From: Mobula hypostoma
Lineage: Eukaryota
Direction of reading: 5' to 3'
NCBI RefSeq assembly: GCF_963921235.1
Contig: NC_086108.1
Span: 59,646,001-59,710,000 of the forward strand
DNA: 64,000 bases
Shown: positions 52,331 to 64,000 of the stretch, piece after piece
Position numbering within the stretch: position 1 is the stretch's first letter
How the letters are laid out: the number at the start of each line of letters is the position of its first letter
Translations under genes and position numbers: made by a program
The notes under the pieces: model-generated
What the model was told of the DNA's origin: nothing
Databases searched by the model: none
The model's input: the letters and a program-made list of their open reading frames with translations, nothing else

Positions 52331-54520
52331 CAAAGTAAGTTTTAGTGTGTGAACCACTTTAAGATGCATTAAGGAAAAGAGTTAAAGATGTGGTGAGAAA
52401 TAACTGGGGGAGTTCCTACTTCTTTTCCCTGTATGAGGTCAAAAATTTACACTGTGTTGGGTGAGGTGCACTGGCACCCAGAAGAAAATAAGCAGACCTG
52501 GTGTTAATTTACATAAAAATATTACTATGATAGAAACTAACTATAGACCCATACTTAATGAACATGAAGGAGATGAAGGCATTAGAGACCTGAGCAGCAC
52601 CCAGACTGCTACAAGGCCTGTCCACATCTGCATTTTCCTTGTTTTTCTTGCAAGTAGAACTTCTGTCCATTTTTATATGGTCACCCATGTCCTTGGGACA
52701 ATGGGAGCTCTGGCTTCGGTCCCCAGTGTAAGACTGGAATTGCATCCTCCACATTAGCTGACCTTTTACCATGGTGTAATTAAAGTTAAAAAAGAACAAG
52801 ATTCAAGATTGCTTATTGACATTCTACAGTACGCAAGAGTAAAAGAGAATGAGATGGTTGTTACTCCAAATCTGATAAGCATAAAAAAAAACACAATAAG
52901 ACCATGAGACATAGGAGCAGAATTAGGCCATTTGGCACGTAGAGTCTTCTCCGCCATTCAATCATGGCTTGTCCTTTCTTTTTCTCCTCCTCAGCCCCAC
53001 GCCCCAGCCTTCACCCTGTAACCTTTGATGCCATGTCCAATCAGGAACCTGTTAAACTCTGCCTTAAATACACCCAATGACCTGGAATCCACAGCTGCCT
53101 GTGTTAATAGATTCCACAAGTTCACTACCCAGTGGCTGAAGAAATTTCTTTTAAACGGATGCCCTTCTATCCTGAGGCTGTGCCGTCTTATCCAAGACTC
53201 ACCCACCATGGGAAACATCCTTTCCACATCTACCATGCCTAGGCCTTTCAATATTTGAAAGGTTTCAACGTGATCCCCTCTCATCCTTCTAAATTCCAGT
53301 GAGTACAAACCCAGAGCTATCAAATGTTTCTCCTATGATAACCCTTTCCCTCCTGCAATCATCCTTGTGTACCTCCTCTGAACCCCCTCCAATGCCAGCA
53401 CATCTTTTCGTAGATGAAGAGCTCCAAACTGTTCACAATACTCAAGGTGAGGCCTCACCAGTGCCTTATAAGTGCTCAGCATCACATCACTGCTATTGTA
53501 TTCTAGACCTCTTGAAATGAATGATAACATTGTATTTGCCTTCCTCACCACCAACTTCAGGTTGTCCTGCAAAAGGACTCCCAAGTCCCTTTGCATGTCA
53601 GATTTTTTGGATTTTCTCTCCACTTAGAAAATGGTCAGCACATTCATATCTTCTATCTCAATGCATGACAATGCATTTTCCAACATTGTATTTCATTTGC
53701 CACTTTCTTGCCCATTCTCCTAATCTGTCTAAGTCCTTCTGCATCCTACCTGTTTCCTCAACACTACCTGCCCCTCCACCAAACTTTATATCATCTGCAA
53801 ACTTGACAATGAACGATCTATTTCATCATCTAAATCACTTATATACAGAATAAAAAGAAGTGGCCCCAACACCAGCCCCTGTGGAACACCATAAGTCACT
53901 GGCAGCCAACCAGACAAGGATCCTTATATCCCCACTCGCGGTCTCCTATCAATCAGACAATGCTCTAGCCATGCTAGTAACTTTCCTGAAATACCACGGG
54001 CTCTTAACTTGGTAAACACCTGATGTGTGGCACCTTGTCAAACGCCTTCTGAAAGTCCAAATTTACAATCTTCACTGTATTCCCTTTATCTCCCCTACTT
54101 GTAATCTCCTCAAAGAATTCCAGCAGTTTTTACAGGCAAGATTTTCCCTTAAGGAAACCATGCACACTTTTTCCTATCTTGTCCTGCATCACCAAGTATT
54201 CCATAACCTCATCCTTAACAATTGATTCCAACATCCCCCCAACTACAGAAGTTAGGCTAACTGGTTTATAATTTCCTTTCTGCTCTCTTCCTCCTTTCTT
54301 AAAGATGTGGAGTGACATTTGCAGTTTTCCAGTCCTCTAGCACCATGCCCGAGTCCAATGATTTTTGAAAGACCATTACTAATGCTTCCATAATCTCCCC
54401 CGCTACCTCTTTCAGAACCCTAGGTTGCAGTTCATCTGGCCCGGGTGACTAATGTACATTTGGGTCTTTCAACTTTTTGAGCACCTTCTCCCTTGTAATA
54501 GTAACCACACTCACTACTCT

Positions 54521-54964
54521 CAGGGGTGCAGTGGTAGCTGGAGCACTCTGAAACACATTCGGCACCTCTTTTAAGGAAAAAGCTGAACTAACCAAGCTAA
54601 TTAATTAGGTGCCGCCCAGGGTGATTTGAGTCTCTCAGAAACTGCTGATCTGGGATTTTTACGTACAACATACTCTGGAGTTTACAAAGAATGGTGCCAA
54701 AAACAAAAAAAAAATCCAGCGAATGGATTTAACGAGATGTTTTTGCTCACGGAACAGCCACTCGCTGGATTTTTTTTTGTTTTTGGCACCATTCTTTGTA
54801 AGCTCCAGAGTAGGTTGTGCATAAAAATCCCAGGAGATCAGCAGTTTCTGAGATACTCAAATCACTCTGGGCAGCACCTAATTAATCAGCTTGTTTATTT
54901 CAGCTTTTTTCTTAAAGAGGTGCCGAACGCGGTTCAGAGTGCTTCGGCTACCACTACACCCCTG
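54521..54964. mobile_element. 444-bp fully palindromic hAT MITE with mirrored Tc1-transposase core
   Basis: CAGGGGTG...CACCCCTG termini; perfect 8-bp TSD actactct (54513-54520, 54965-54972); arms ~205 bp; spacer ~54727-54757. Confidence 0.9.
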
Positions 54965-55072
54965 ACTACTCTTCTCTCGCACCTTTCAACATCTGGCACA
55001 CTGCTCTTGTCTTCCACAGTAAATTATGATGCAAAATATTCATTTAGTTCATCTACCATCTCCTTGTCCCCT

Positions 55073-55243
55073 CGAGGAAATCTGCAGATGCTGGAAATTC
55101 AAGCAACACACACAAAAATTGCTGGTGAACGTAGCAGGCCAGGCAGTATCTATTGGAAGAGGTACAGTCGACGTTTCGGGCCGAGATGTCTTCCAATAGA
55201 TGCTGCCTGGCCTGCTACATTCACCAGCATTTTTTGTATGTGT
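55073..55243. mobile_element. Fold-back PLE pLTR insertion with half hammerhead
   Basis: Perfect 12-bp TSD tccttgtcccct (55061-55072, 55244-55255); ~55-bp inverted arms; agtcgacgtttcgggccgaga at 55166-55186. Confidence 0.88.
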
Positions 55244-56074
55244 TCCTTGTCCCCTATTGTTACTTCTACAGTCTTATTTTCTAGCAGTCATGTAATCACT
55301 CTAATCTCTCTTTTATCTTTTACATACTTGAAAAAGCTTTTACTATCCACTTTGATATTGTTTGCTAGCTTGCTTTCATATTTCATCTTTTCCCTCCTAA
55401 AGACATTTTTAGTTGTCCTCTGTAGGTTTTTAAAAGCTTCCCAATCCTCTGTCTTCTCATTAATTTTTGATTTGTTGTATGCCCTCTCTTTTGCTTTTAC
55501 ATTAGCTTTGACTTCCCTTGTTAGCCACAGTTGTATTATTTCGCCATTTGAGTATTTCTTTGTTTTTGGAATACAATTTATCCTGCACCTTCCTCATTTT
55601 CCCTAGAAACTCACACCATTGTTGCTCTGCTATTATCCCTGCCAGTATCTCCTTCCAATTTATTTTGGCCAACTCTTCTCTCATACCACTGTAGTTTCCT
55701 TTACTCCACTGAAATACTGCTATGTCAGATTTTACTTTCTCCCTGTCAAATTTCAAGTTGAACTCAGTCATATTGTGATCACTGTCTCCTAAGGGTTCTT
55801 TTACTTTAAGCTCCCTTATCACCTCTGGTTCATTACATAACCCCAATCCAGTGTAGCTGATCCCCGAGTAGGCTCAGCGATGCACTGCTCTACCAAGCCA
55901 TCTCGTAGGTATTCAACAAACTTATTCTTTTGAGATCCATTACCGACATAATTTTCCCAATTGATGTGGATGTTGAAATCTCCCATGACTATCTTAACAT
56001 TGCCCTTTTGACACGCCTTTTCTAGTTCTTGTTGTAATCTGTACTCCCCATTGCAGCTACTGTTGGGATAAGCT

Positions 56075-56480
56075 TGAAGAATACAATGAAAGAAAAAAAG
56101 AAACACAATAAATCTATAAATAAAAGCAATCCTATAACACACAATGTACAAGTAACAGTTATAAACATAAACTGGTTGTACGTACATAAAGTGACGCTAG
56201 GTGATTTACCAGTCCTGAAGGTGTGGGGTGGTGATTTGGGTTAATGGATGGAGGTGTTAATTAGCCAAGTGGATTGGGGGAATTAACTATTTTCAATGTA
56301 GTGGTCCTGGTGTGGATGCTGTCTAGCCTCTTCCCTATTGGGACTGGAACAAACAATCCTTAAGTTATGTGTATGAGATCCTTCATGATATTGGTGGCTT
56401 TTTTCTGGCACCTTTCGGTACACATGATATTGATGGTGGATAGGCTAATGTCAGTGATGCACTGGGCAGTTTTAATTTAA
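56075..56480 (-). mobile_element. Rex1-like 3' fragment
   Basis: Similar to 533-1130 (atccttcatgatattggtggc; gctgtctagcctcttccc). Confidence 0.55.
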
Positions 56481-57577
56481 CATTATATTTTATCATTGAA
56501 AGAGATCTTATTAGCTGAAATATAATACTGCACGGCTTGATGGATTCTGTAAGCTCAGCCCATGAAATGATACTTGGTTTAACAGTGATTAGATTGTCTG
56601 CTCTGGCTTTACTTGCTTAGAATAAATAGCTGTCAGTTTAGTCTTTGACACATGATGCATTGATGTTACATTACCCAGTACACTTAACTGCAATTTAAAC
56701 AATCAATGTTGTTTTGTCATGTTTAATATTATACGCACCTACTGATCCCTGTCTTCCTATTTGCCCACCTCATTTTGGAGAATGGCATTAATAGATCTGG
56801 GATACTGACCATTGTGTTGTTAAAAATGTATTGATGGTAGTCTTCTCTAAATTCATAAAAAATTTGGGAATTTGCAGGAAAAGGAGATACACCCGACTCC
56901 CCACCCCACCTCCAGTCCTTAGCAAATGGCTAGACAATTTCTTTTGTTCCACCGTTAATTTCACCAATGCCAGTGTTACAATTAATACAACCAGATGTAC
57001 CAATTACCCTCCACAGACTCTACCACCATTACTTCACAAATTTCAGAGTCTCAGGGGAGAGTTCGTCCTTTGAAATGATGCCGGATTAGTTCTGTACACA
57101 AAATAAGTGTTTCTGAAAGGAGGCAAACAGCCAGTACTCAGGACCCTATCAGTGACAATGCATTGGATGACTGTATTCAGTACTTTCACATTCTTCCCCT
57201 CAGGCAGGTGCCAGTGATGTCAGGAACTTAATCCAAGGTGGAGAGAATACCAACAATCATGGGACTCGGCTCGTTCCACAGGGCATCCGAGCTCATCAGG
57301 TATTTCCTGGAGAGCACCATTGGACTTTATGGAGCTGCTTCCTTAGATGCTGAGATCCATTGATGAAGCTGACATCCCACTGGAGGTATTACAGTGAGCT
57401 TCTGGCACACATGAATAGGAAAGATGATGATTTGGCAGTCTTTAAAGTTACAAATGGCTTTGAGAATGGATGCTGAGAATGTCTCCAACTGGAAAACACA
57501 ATTTAAGGCCAGCAATATAAGATGGCTGCCAAGTAATTAATGAGGGGAATCAGAAAGATGTTCTTCATCTCAAGGCA

Positions 57578-58330
57578 ATAAGAACATAAGAAAGTAGGAG
57601 GAGGCCATTCAGCTCTGCTAATCTGCTTTGCCATTCAATAAAGTTATAACTGATATTTTATCACAGCACCATTCTCCTGCACTAAACCGATAATCCATAA
57701 TTTCTTTAATATATAAATATCCATCAATCTCAGCCTTTAATATGCTTCACCATTGACCCTCTATGGCTCTTTTAAGAAGAGAATTGCAAAGATTCACCTC
57801 TCTCAGGGTGAATTTTTTTTTTTACATATCTCTGTTCTGAATATTAAACTCCTTATTTGAGACTATGATTGGTGATTCTGAACACACCAGCCAGGGAAAG
57901 CATCAGCATATACCCTGTAAAGATTTGTAGGAACTTCGTATGTTTCATAGAAATATTTTTTCTTTCTCAAAAATTCATTAAAATGCCATAGCTAAATAAT
58001 TTCTCCTCATGTGACAAACCTAACACCCCAGGAGGAAATTGGTAAACATTCTCCTTCTCTAAATTTTCTTAGATCCTTCCTTAGGGAAACTAGATATGCA
58101 CATAATATTCTGGATGCTCTCTCGCTATTACCCTATAGAATTGGAGCAAACTGCCTCTACTCTTATACTTAAATTTCCATGTGATAAAGATTGACGTTAA
58201 ACTTGTCTTCCTAAATACATTAAATTTTACTGATATGTGTACCATGCCACCCAGGTTGCTATGAACACCAGCTGGAAAAATACTAAGCTTCAAACCACTA
58301 TATGTGAAGTGGTACAGACCTACAAAGCAG
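57578..58330 (-). mobile_element. Very old CR1 3' fragment
   Basis: ataagaacataagaaagtaggag tail; YKSRGSLLQFYRVIAREHPEYYVH. Confidence 0.7.
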
Positions 58331-58904
58331 GGCCTTTGTGTGCATCTGATGCGTGGCCTTGACGTTCTCAATACTATCTCACATGCATCCTCTCCATATT
58401 AAGCTGTTGTGGACAGGTGTCAGTAGAGAATTTGCACTTCTTTGAGGAATCTTGGAGAACAAGCTTGAATCATTTGCTACGTCCACCAAGTTACTTCGTT
58501 ATATAGCAGAGGTTGAATAGTTCTTGTTTTGGGAATCAGGTATTGGGCAAGTAAATGGAGTGGTTTTCCCAAAGTATCAGTTGAGTATAAACTTAATGCT
58601 GGGAACACTGGCCTGGGAAACACTGGCAGTGGTTCGTTTATACTTCTAGTGAAACAGATTGATTTTCCAGGTAACGTTAGAATATTTTTCCAGTGCATTG
58701 AGATGCTCGTTCTAAGAAGGCCAGTTCTTGAATTTGTTAAAAAGGATAAGGATCATTGCTGTCTGGTAAAGAGTGAATTTTGTTCCATGTCTAAAATGTT
58801 GATCTTGATCTTCAAATAAAAAATTAACTGATCAATGACTTTGCTGATACATTGAATGTAGTGATGAATTTTGTCAATGCTGTCTGCCTTATAGGAAGTG
58901 GTCT

Positions 58905-61530
58905 GTGTAAATACATCTATTGATGCTTCTGGACACATCTTCAGTGATGTTCCTGGAATCATTGGGTGTTTCGGGTCTTTCAACATCATACAACCTCCTC
59001 CAGGTGACCCAGCCGGGGCTGATCAGACCCCAGCTTGTGTCCAGTTGGCTAGCTACTTATGACTCCATGGCTCCCCTCTTTTGAGCCACAGCCATCTTAA
59101 GGCCCTCTCTGCCGCATCAGTGGTACTGCGGATGGCTCTCCTCTTCCTCTCTCCTTCGATGCCCAAAATGCTGAAGGCTCATACTAAAGAACGGACTATG
59201 AATTCCCTACAATCAACCTCCACGGGGAGACACCTCGCTCTCCATCCAGCCTGCTGACAGTTGCTGACCAGTCCTGCGTACTTGGAGAGTTTCCTTTCAA
59301 AGGCCTCTTCCAAGCTATCTTCCCATGGGACTGTCAGCTCCAGCAGCACCACTTGCTTAGTAGACTCAGATACTAGGACAATGTCTGGTCGCAGGGTGGT
59401 GGCTGCGATATGGTTGGGGAACTTCAGCTGCCCTTCGAGGTCCACCAACAGCTGCCAGTCCCTTGCAGAGGTCAGAATGCCTGCAGATGTTCTTTTGGCA
59501 GGTATTGGCTGCTCCCCAGCTCTGACAAAGGCAATGGTCTGCTTGGAGGGTTGGGACCGCTTCGCCCACTCAACTCCTGCGCTGACGGCTTCAGCGATGG
59601 TCTTCAGGACCTGATCATGCCTCCACCTGTACCGTCCCTCACCAAGTGCCCTTGCACAGCCACTGAGGATGTGCTCCAGGGTTCCTCGCTTGGAGCACAG
59701 TGGGCACGCAGATGACTCTGCCTTGCCCCATGTGTGCAGGTTTGATGGGCTTGGAAGCACATTGTACATTGCCTGGATGAGAAATTGGATGCAGTGTGAT
59801 TCGGCTTTCCAAAGATCAGCCCAGGTCACTTTCCTTTCAACCGCATTCTCTCATCTTGTCCAAGCTCCCTGTTGCTTCATTCCCACGGCCTTGCAGGCTC
59901 TCATCTCCTCCACTACTGCTCTCACCTCCTCCTGAACTAGACGACACCTTTCCTTCCCTCTGGTGTCCATTTGAGGAGTTGGAAATGATCCTAGCCCAGC
60001 TCGGCCTCATGTGACCACTCCCACCAGCCTCCTGTGACGCAGCCTCGCCTCTGCCTCCTGAACAGCTTCCTCTGCCCTCCACTTCCTGCCAGTACTTACT
60101 TGGATCCCTGCTCTAGCCACCTTCGGGTCACTTGAGTCCCTATACTGTAGCACTCCTCTGGCTGTTGTTACCTTGAATTCTTCCTCCAAGGATTTGAAGG
60201 ACAGTTGCAGTTTGTTGTGGTGTCCATAGAGTGCGATGCTGCTCAGGCTCTTTGGCAGCCCCAGCCATCTCCTGAGGTGGTTGCTAACCCTCCTCTCTAA
60301 GGTTTCGACTGTCGGGATCAGAACTGCATAGGCGAGAAGGGGCCACAGGATTCTGGGAAGAATGCCATGCTGATACATCCAGGCTTTAAACTTCTCAGGG
60401 AGGCCAGACTTGTCCACAGATTTCAGCCAGTCATCCAACTTGGTGCAGGTTGCCTAAATGGATGTTGTGTCCCTTAAAGAACTGTCAAAAACTTTGCCTA
60501 AGCTCTTGACTGGCTTTTCTGTGATGGTTGGGATGGCTGTACCTGCGATGCTGAACCAGAACTTGTTCTCCACCTTCCCTTTCCTCAGCACCATCGATCT
60601 TGATTTGGCAGGTTTGAAACGCATCCGGGTCCACTCCACCAGCTTTTCGAGCCCTTGCAGAATCCTCCGGCAGCCTGGGACTGATTCTGTGGTGATTGTG
60701 AGGTCATCCATGAATGCCCTGATAGGTGGTTGCCGTTGAGCGGAATTCATTCTGGGCCCTCTGGACTCTGGTTCAGCAGACTTAGTGAGCATGTTCATGG
60801 CTAGGGAGAACAGTGTCACTGAGATAGTGCACCCTGTGATGATGCCGACCTCCACCTTGTGCCAGGTTGATGTAATCGCTCCTGAAGAGACCCTCATCCT
60901 GAAGTTGCTGTAATAATCAGCGATAAAGTCTCTGATTCTGCTGGGGACGTGATATTTGGTCAGTGTGAGCTGCATCAGCTTGTGCAGAATGGAGCCATAT
61001 GCATTTGCCAGGTCGAGCCACAACACTGACAGGTTGCCCTTGTTCTCTCTGGCCTCCCTGATGAGCTGTGTCACCACACTGATGTGCTCCAGACAGCCCG
61101 GCATCCCTGAAATGCCACCCTTCTGGTCTGATGTATCAATATAGGTGTTCTTTGCTAGGTGCACATCCGGTTAGAAACTGCACTGAAGAAGATCTTCGCC
61201 TCGACACACAGCAGGGAGATGATGTGAAACTGATCTATCTGGGTGGCATTTTCCTCCTTCGGGATCCGCACCCCTTCAGCCACTCTCCACTGTTCTGGGA
61301 TTTTCCCCCTTCTCCAGAAGGTTCTCAGGATCTTCCACAGATACAGCAGGAGTTTGGGGCAGTTCTTGTACACTTTGTACGAGGTATTGCTTGGTCCTGG
61401 AGCCAAGCTTGCCCTTGCTTTGCGGATCTAAGATTCCTAATTTTTCATCCTGAGCTTTTTCTTCATAAAATAGCTCCACCACTGAGGTTCAGGTGACCTC
61501 AGTTCTGGACTACAATTGATGCACGTTGAA
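58905..61530 (-). mobile_element. 5'-truncated Hero-like (R2-group) non-LTR retrotransposon: RT + CCHC + restriction-like endonuclease
   Basis: APGP...YKVYKNCP; GCLEH; WLDLANAYGSI; GIITGCTIS; RAFMDDL; CPLCSKRGTLEHILSGC; WRHDQVL; RPDIVL...LLELTVPWE...ERKLSKY; ORF ends WLWLKRGEPWSHK* near 59053; several frameshifts. Confidence 0.88.
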
Positions 61531-61537
61531 CAGTTTC

Positions 61538-64000
61538 CATAAGACTACAATATATAGGACCAGAATTAGGCCATTTGGCCCATTGAGCCTGCTCCACTAT
61601 TTTATAATGGCTGAGCCAATTTTCCTCATAGTCCCAGCCTCCTGCCTTCTCCCCACATCCTTTCATGCCCTGGCCAATCAAGAATCGATCAACCTCTGCC
61701 TTAAATATACATACAGACTTGGCCTCCACAGCTGCTTGTGGCAAAGAATTCCACAGATTCACCACTCTCTGACTAAAGAAATTCCTCCTCATCTCTGTTC
61801 TAAGAGGATACCCCTCTATTCTGAGACTGTGTCCTCTGATCTTAGACTCTCCCACAATAGGAAACATGCTCTCCACATCCACTCTATCAAGGCCTTTCTC
61901 CATTCAATAGATTTCAATGAGGTTACCCCTCATTCTTCTGAATTCTGGTGAATACAGGCCCAAAGCCATCAAACACTCCTCATATGACAAGACATTCAAT
62001 CCTGGAATCATTTTTGTGAACCTCAGTTGAACCCTCACTAGTTTCAGCACACTCTTCCTAAAATAAGGGGTCCAAAACTGCTCACAATACTTTAAGTGAG
62101 GCCTCACCAGTGCTTAATAAAATCTCAACATTACATCCTTGCTTTTATATTCTTTTTTTTTATAGAGGCATCCGTTAGTCTCGTGAGACCATGGATTTGT
62201 GCCTTGGAAGGTTTCCAGGGCGCAGATCTGGGCAAGGTTGTATGGAAGACCGGCAGCTGCCCATGCTGCAAGTCTCCCCTCTCCATGACACCAATGTTGT
62301 CCAAGGGAAGGGCATTAGTACTCATACAGCTTGGCACCGGTGTCGTTGCAGAGCAATGTGTGGTTAAGTGCCTTGCTCAAGGACACAACGTGCTGCCTCA
62401 GCCAGGGCTCGAACTAGCGACCTTCAGATCACTAGACGAATGCCTTAACCACTTGGGCACGCGCCAACACTTTTATATTCTCATCCTCTTGAAATGAATG
62501 CTAACATTACATTTGCCTTCCTCACCACAGACTCAAGCTGCAAATTAACTTTTAGGGAATCCTGTACAAGTACTCTCAAGTCCCTTTGCACCTCAGGATT
62601 TAGTATTTTCACTCCATTTAGAAAATAGTTAACCTTTTCATTTCTTCTACCAAAGTGCAAGACCGTACATTTCCCTACACTGTACTCCATTTGCCACTTC
62701 TTTGCTCATTCTCCTTATCTGTTTAAGTCCTTCCGTAGCCTCACTACTTCCTTAAAACTACCTGCCCCTCCACCTAACTTCATATCATCTACAAACTTTG
62801 CAACAAAGCCTTCAATGTCATTATGAAATCATTGACATATAACATAAGAAGAATCGGTCCCAACAAAGACCCTTGTGGAATACTGCTAGTCACCGGCAGC
62901 CAACCAGAAGCGGCTTACTTTATTCCCAATCTTTGCCTCCTGCCAATCAGCCACTGTTACATCCATGCTAAAATCTTTCCTGTAATACCGTGCATGCATA
63001 GCTTGTTAAGCAGTTTCATGTGTGACACCTCATCAAAGGCCTTCTGAAAATCCAAGTACACAACAACAACAACATTGCCCTTTTGGCATGCATTTTCTCT
63101 CTCCGTTGTAATTTGTGGGTCACACCCTTACTACTGTTTGGGGTTCTGTATACAACTCCCATCAGGGTCTTTTACCCTCGCAGTGCCTTAGTTTTAACCT
63201 CAACACCTTCTGATCCTATGTCTCCTCTTTCTAATGATTTGATTTCATTTTTTACCAACAGAGCAATGCCGCCCCCTCTGCCTTCCTGCCTGACCTTTCG
63301 ATACCATGTGTATCCTAGGATATTAAACTCCTTGCTATATTCTTCTTTCAGCCATGATTCAGTGATGCCTACAATATCATATGTTACATGTCACTCTGCT
63401 AATGTGCTGCAAGTTCATTGACTTTATTTTTTATACTGCACGCATTCAAATATAACACCTTTAGTCCTGTATTCATCCTTTTCTATTTTGTCTGCCTTTT
63501 ACGTTTAAACTCATCCTGTTGACTGCAACTTTGCCCTATCAATAGCCTCTTCTCACTACACATTTCCTCTGTTTGTAACCCAGCTACCTCATCTTCAGCA
63601 CTACGATGCTAGCATTGAAATATACACAGCTCAGAACACTAGTTGCATCATGCTCAGCCGTTTGATTCCGAGCTTTGTCTGAGGTCTTACCAACATCTGC
63701 CCCCAAAACCTCTCCACTATCTGTTCTGGCACTCTGGTTCCCATCCCCTTGCAACTCCAGTTTAAACACCACTGTGCAGCATTAACAAATCCTCACGCTG
63801 GAATATTAGTTCCCCTCCAGTTCCGGTGAAAACTGTCCCTACTGTACCTGTCCCACCTTCCCTGGAAGAGAGCCCAATGATCCAAAAGCCTTATGCTCTC
63901 CCTCCTACACCAACTCCTTAGCCACATATTAAACTGTATAATCTTCCTAGTTCTGGCCTCACTAGCACTTAGCATGGGTAGCAATGCTGAGATCACAACC
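61538..64000 (-). mobile_element. CR1 LINE (ORF1 esterase, EN remnant, RT C-term, 3' UTR), runs off window
   Basis: RPHLKYCEQFW, RGHSLRI...FFSQRVV; DIVGITESWL; ORF1 FNMWLRSWC...LLDHW...GTNI (63793-63996); large internal deletion near 63085. Confidence 0.9.
62154..62469 (-). mobile_element. Full-length tRNA-derived SINE (CORE-like body, RTE-like tail)
   Basis: Minus head with A box TGCCCAAGTGG and B box GTTCGAGCC; tgtgtccttgagcaaggcacttaacc; poly-A end; perfect 12-bp TSD cttttatattct (62142-62153, 62470-62481). Confidence 0.88.

Larger units (their letters stand above)
52895..56070 (-). mobile_element. CR1 LINE ORF2 (EN end to 3' UTR) with two nested insertions
   Basis: IVMGDFN, EPLGDSDHN, NYKPVSLTS, LVRPHLEYC, RRMRGD; ataagaccatgagacataggagcag tail. 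Confidence 0.9.

Noticed and set aside
54626..55606. 326-aa plus-strand ORF
   Set aside because: Chance read-through across a MITE, antisense CR1 and a pLTR insertion; not a gene
61400..61540. HDV-like ribozyme at the 5' end of the RLE element
   Set aside because: Element is truncated within its ORF; no 5' UTR is present here
62395..62469. tRNA gene
   Set aside because: A/B boxes belong to a TSD-flanked SINE head; likewise ~33690-33760
1..64000. CRISPR array, prokaryotic operon or viral genes
   Set aside because: No regularly spaced repeats or such ORFs; all recognisable long ORFs are vertebrate TE fragments or their antisense shadows

Overview
Repeat-dense vertebrate DNA with no recognisable host protein-coding gene, rRNA, true tRNA or CRISPR array. 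The repeat inventory (many CR1 LINEs, V-SINE/HE1-like SINEs, Rex1/Babar, Penelope) is most consistent with a cartilaginous fish such as a ray or shark; this is inference. The window holds a decayed Gypsy element carrying three nested insertions, about 13 CR1 fragments, Rex1/Babar and L2 pieces, and two Penelope-like element (PLE) families. It also holds a fairly well-preserved 5'-truncated Hero-like RLE LINE, a solo LTR, Tigger/pogo and hAT DNA transposons or MITEs, SINEs and a TC microsatellite. The most notable signals are: (1) very short, TSD-flanked PLE-terminus insertions, two with intact minimal type-I hammerhead ribozyme motifs and two forming fold-back palindromes; (2) a 444-bp fully palindromic hAT MITE whose core is a mirrored Tc1 transposase fragment and whose arms recur as a 254-bp palindrome inside a Tigger element; (3) complete minus-strand bias of CR1 copies, suggesting an intron of a plus-strand gene, with two speculative in-frame cassette exons and homeodomain-site-rich unique segments. 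All family assignments come from motif recognition by eye. Boundaries without TSDs are approximate.
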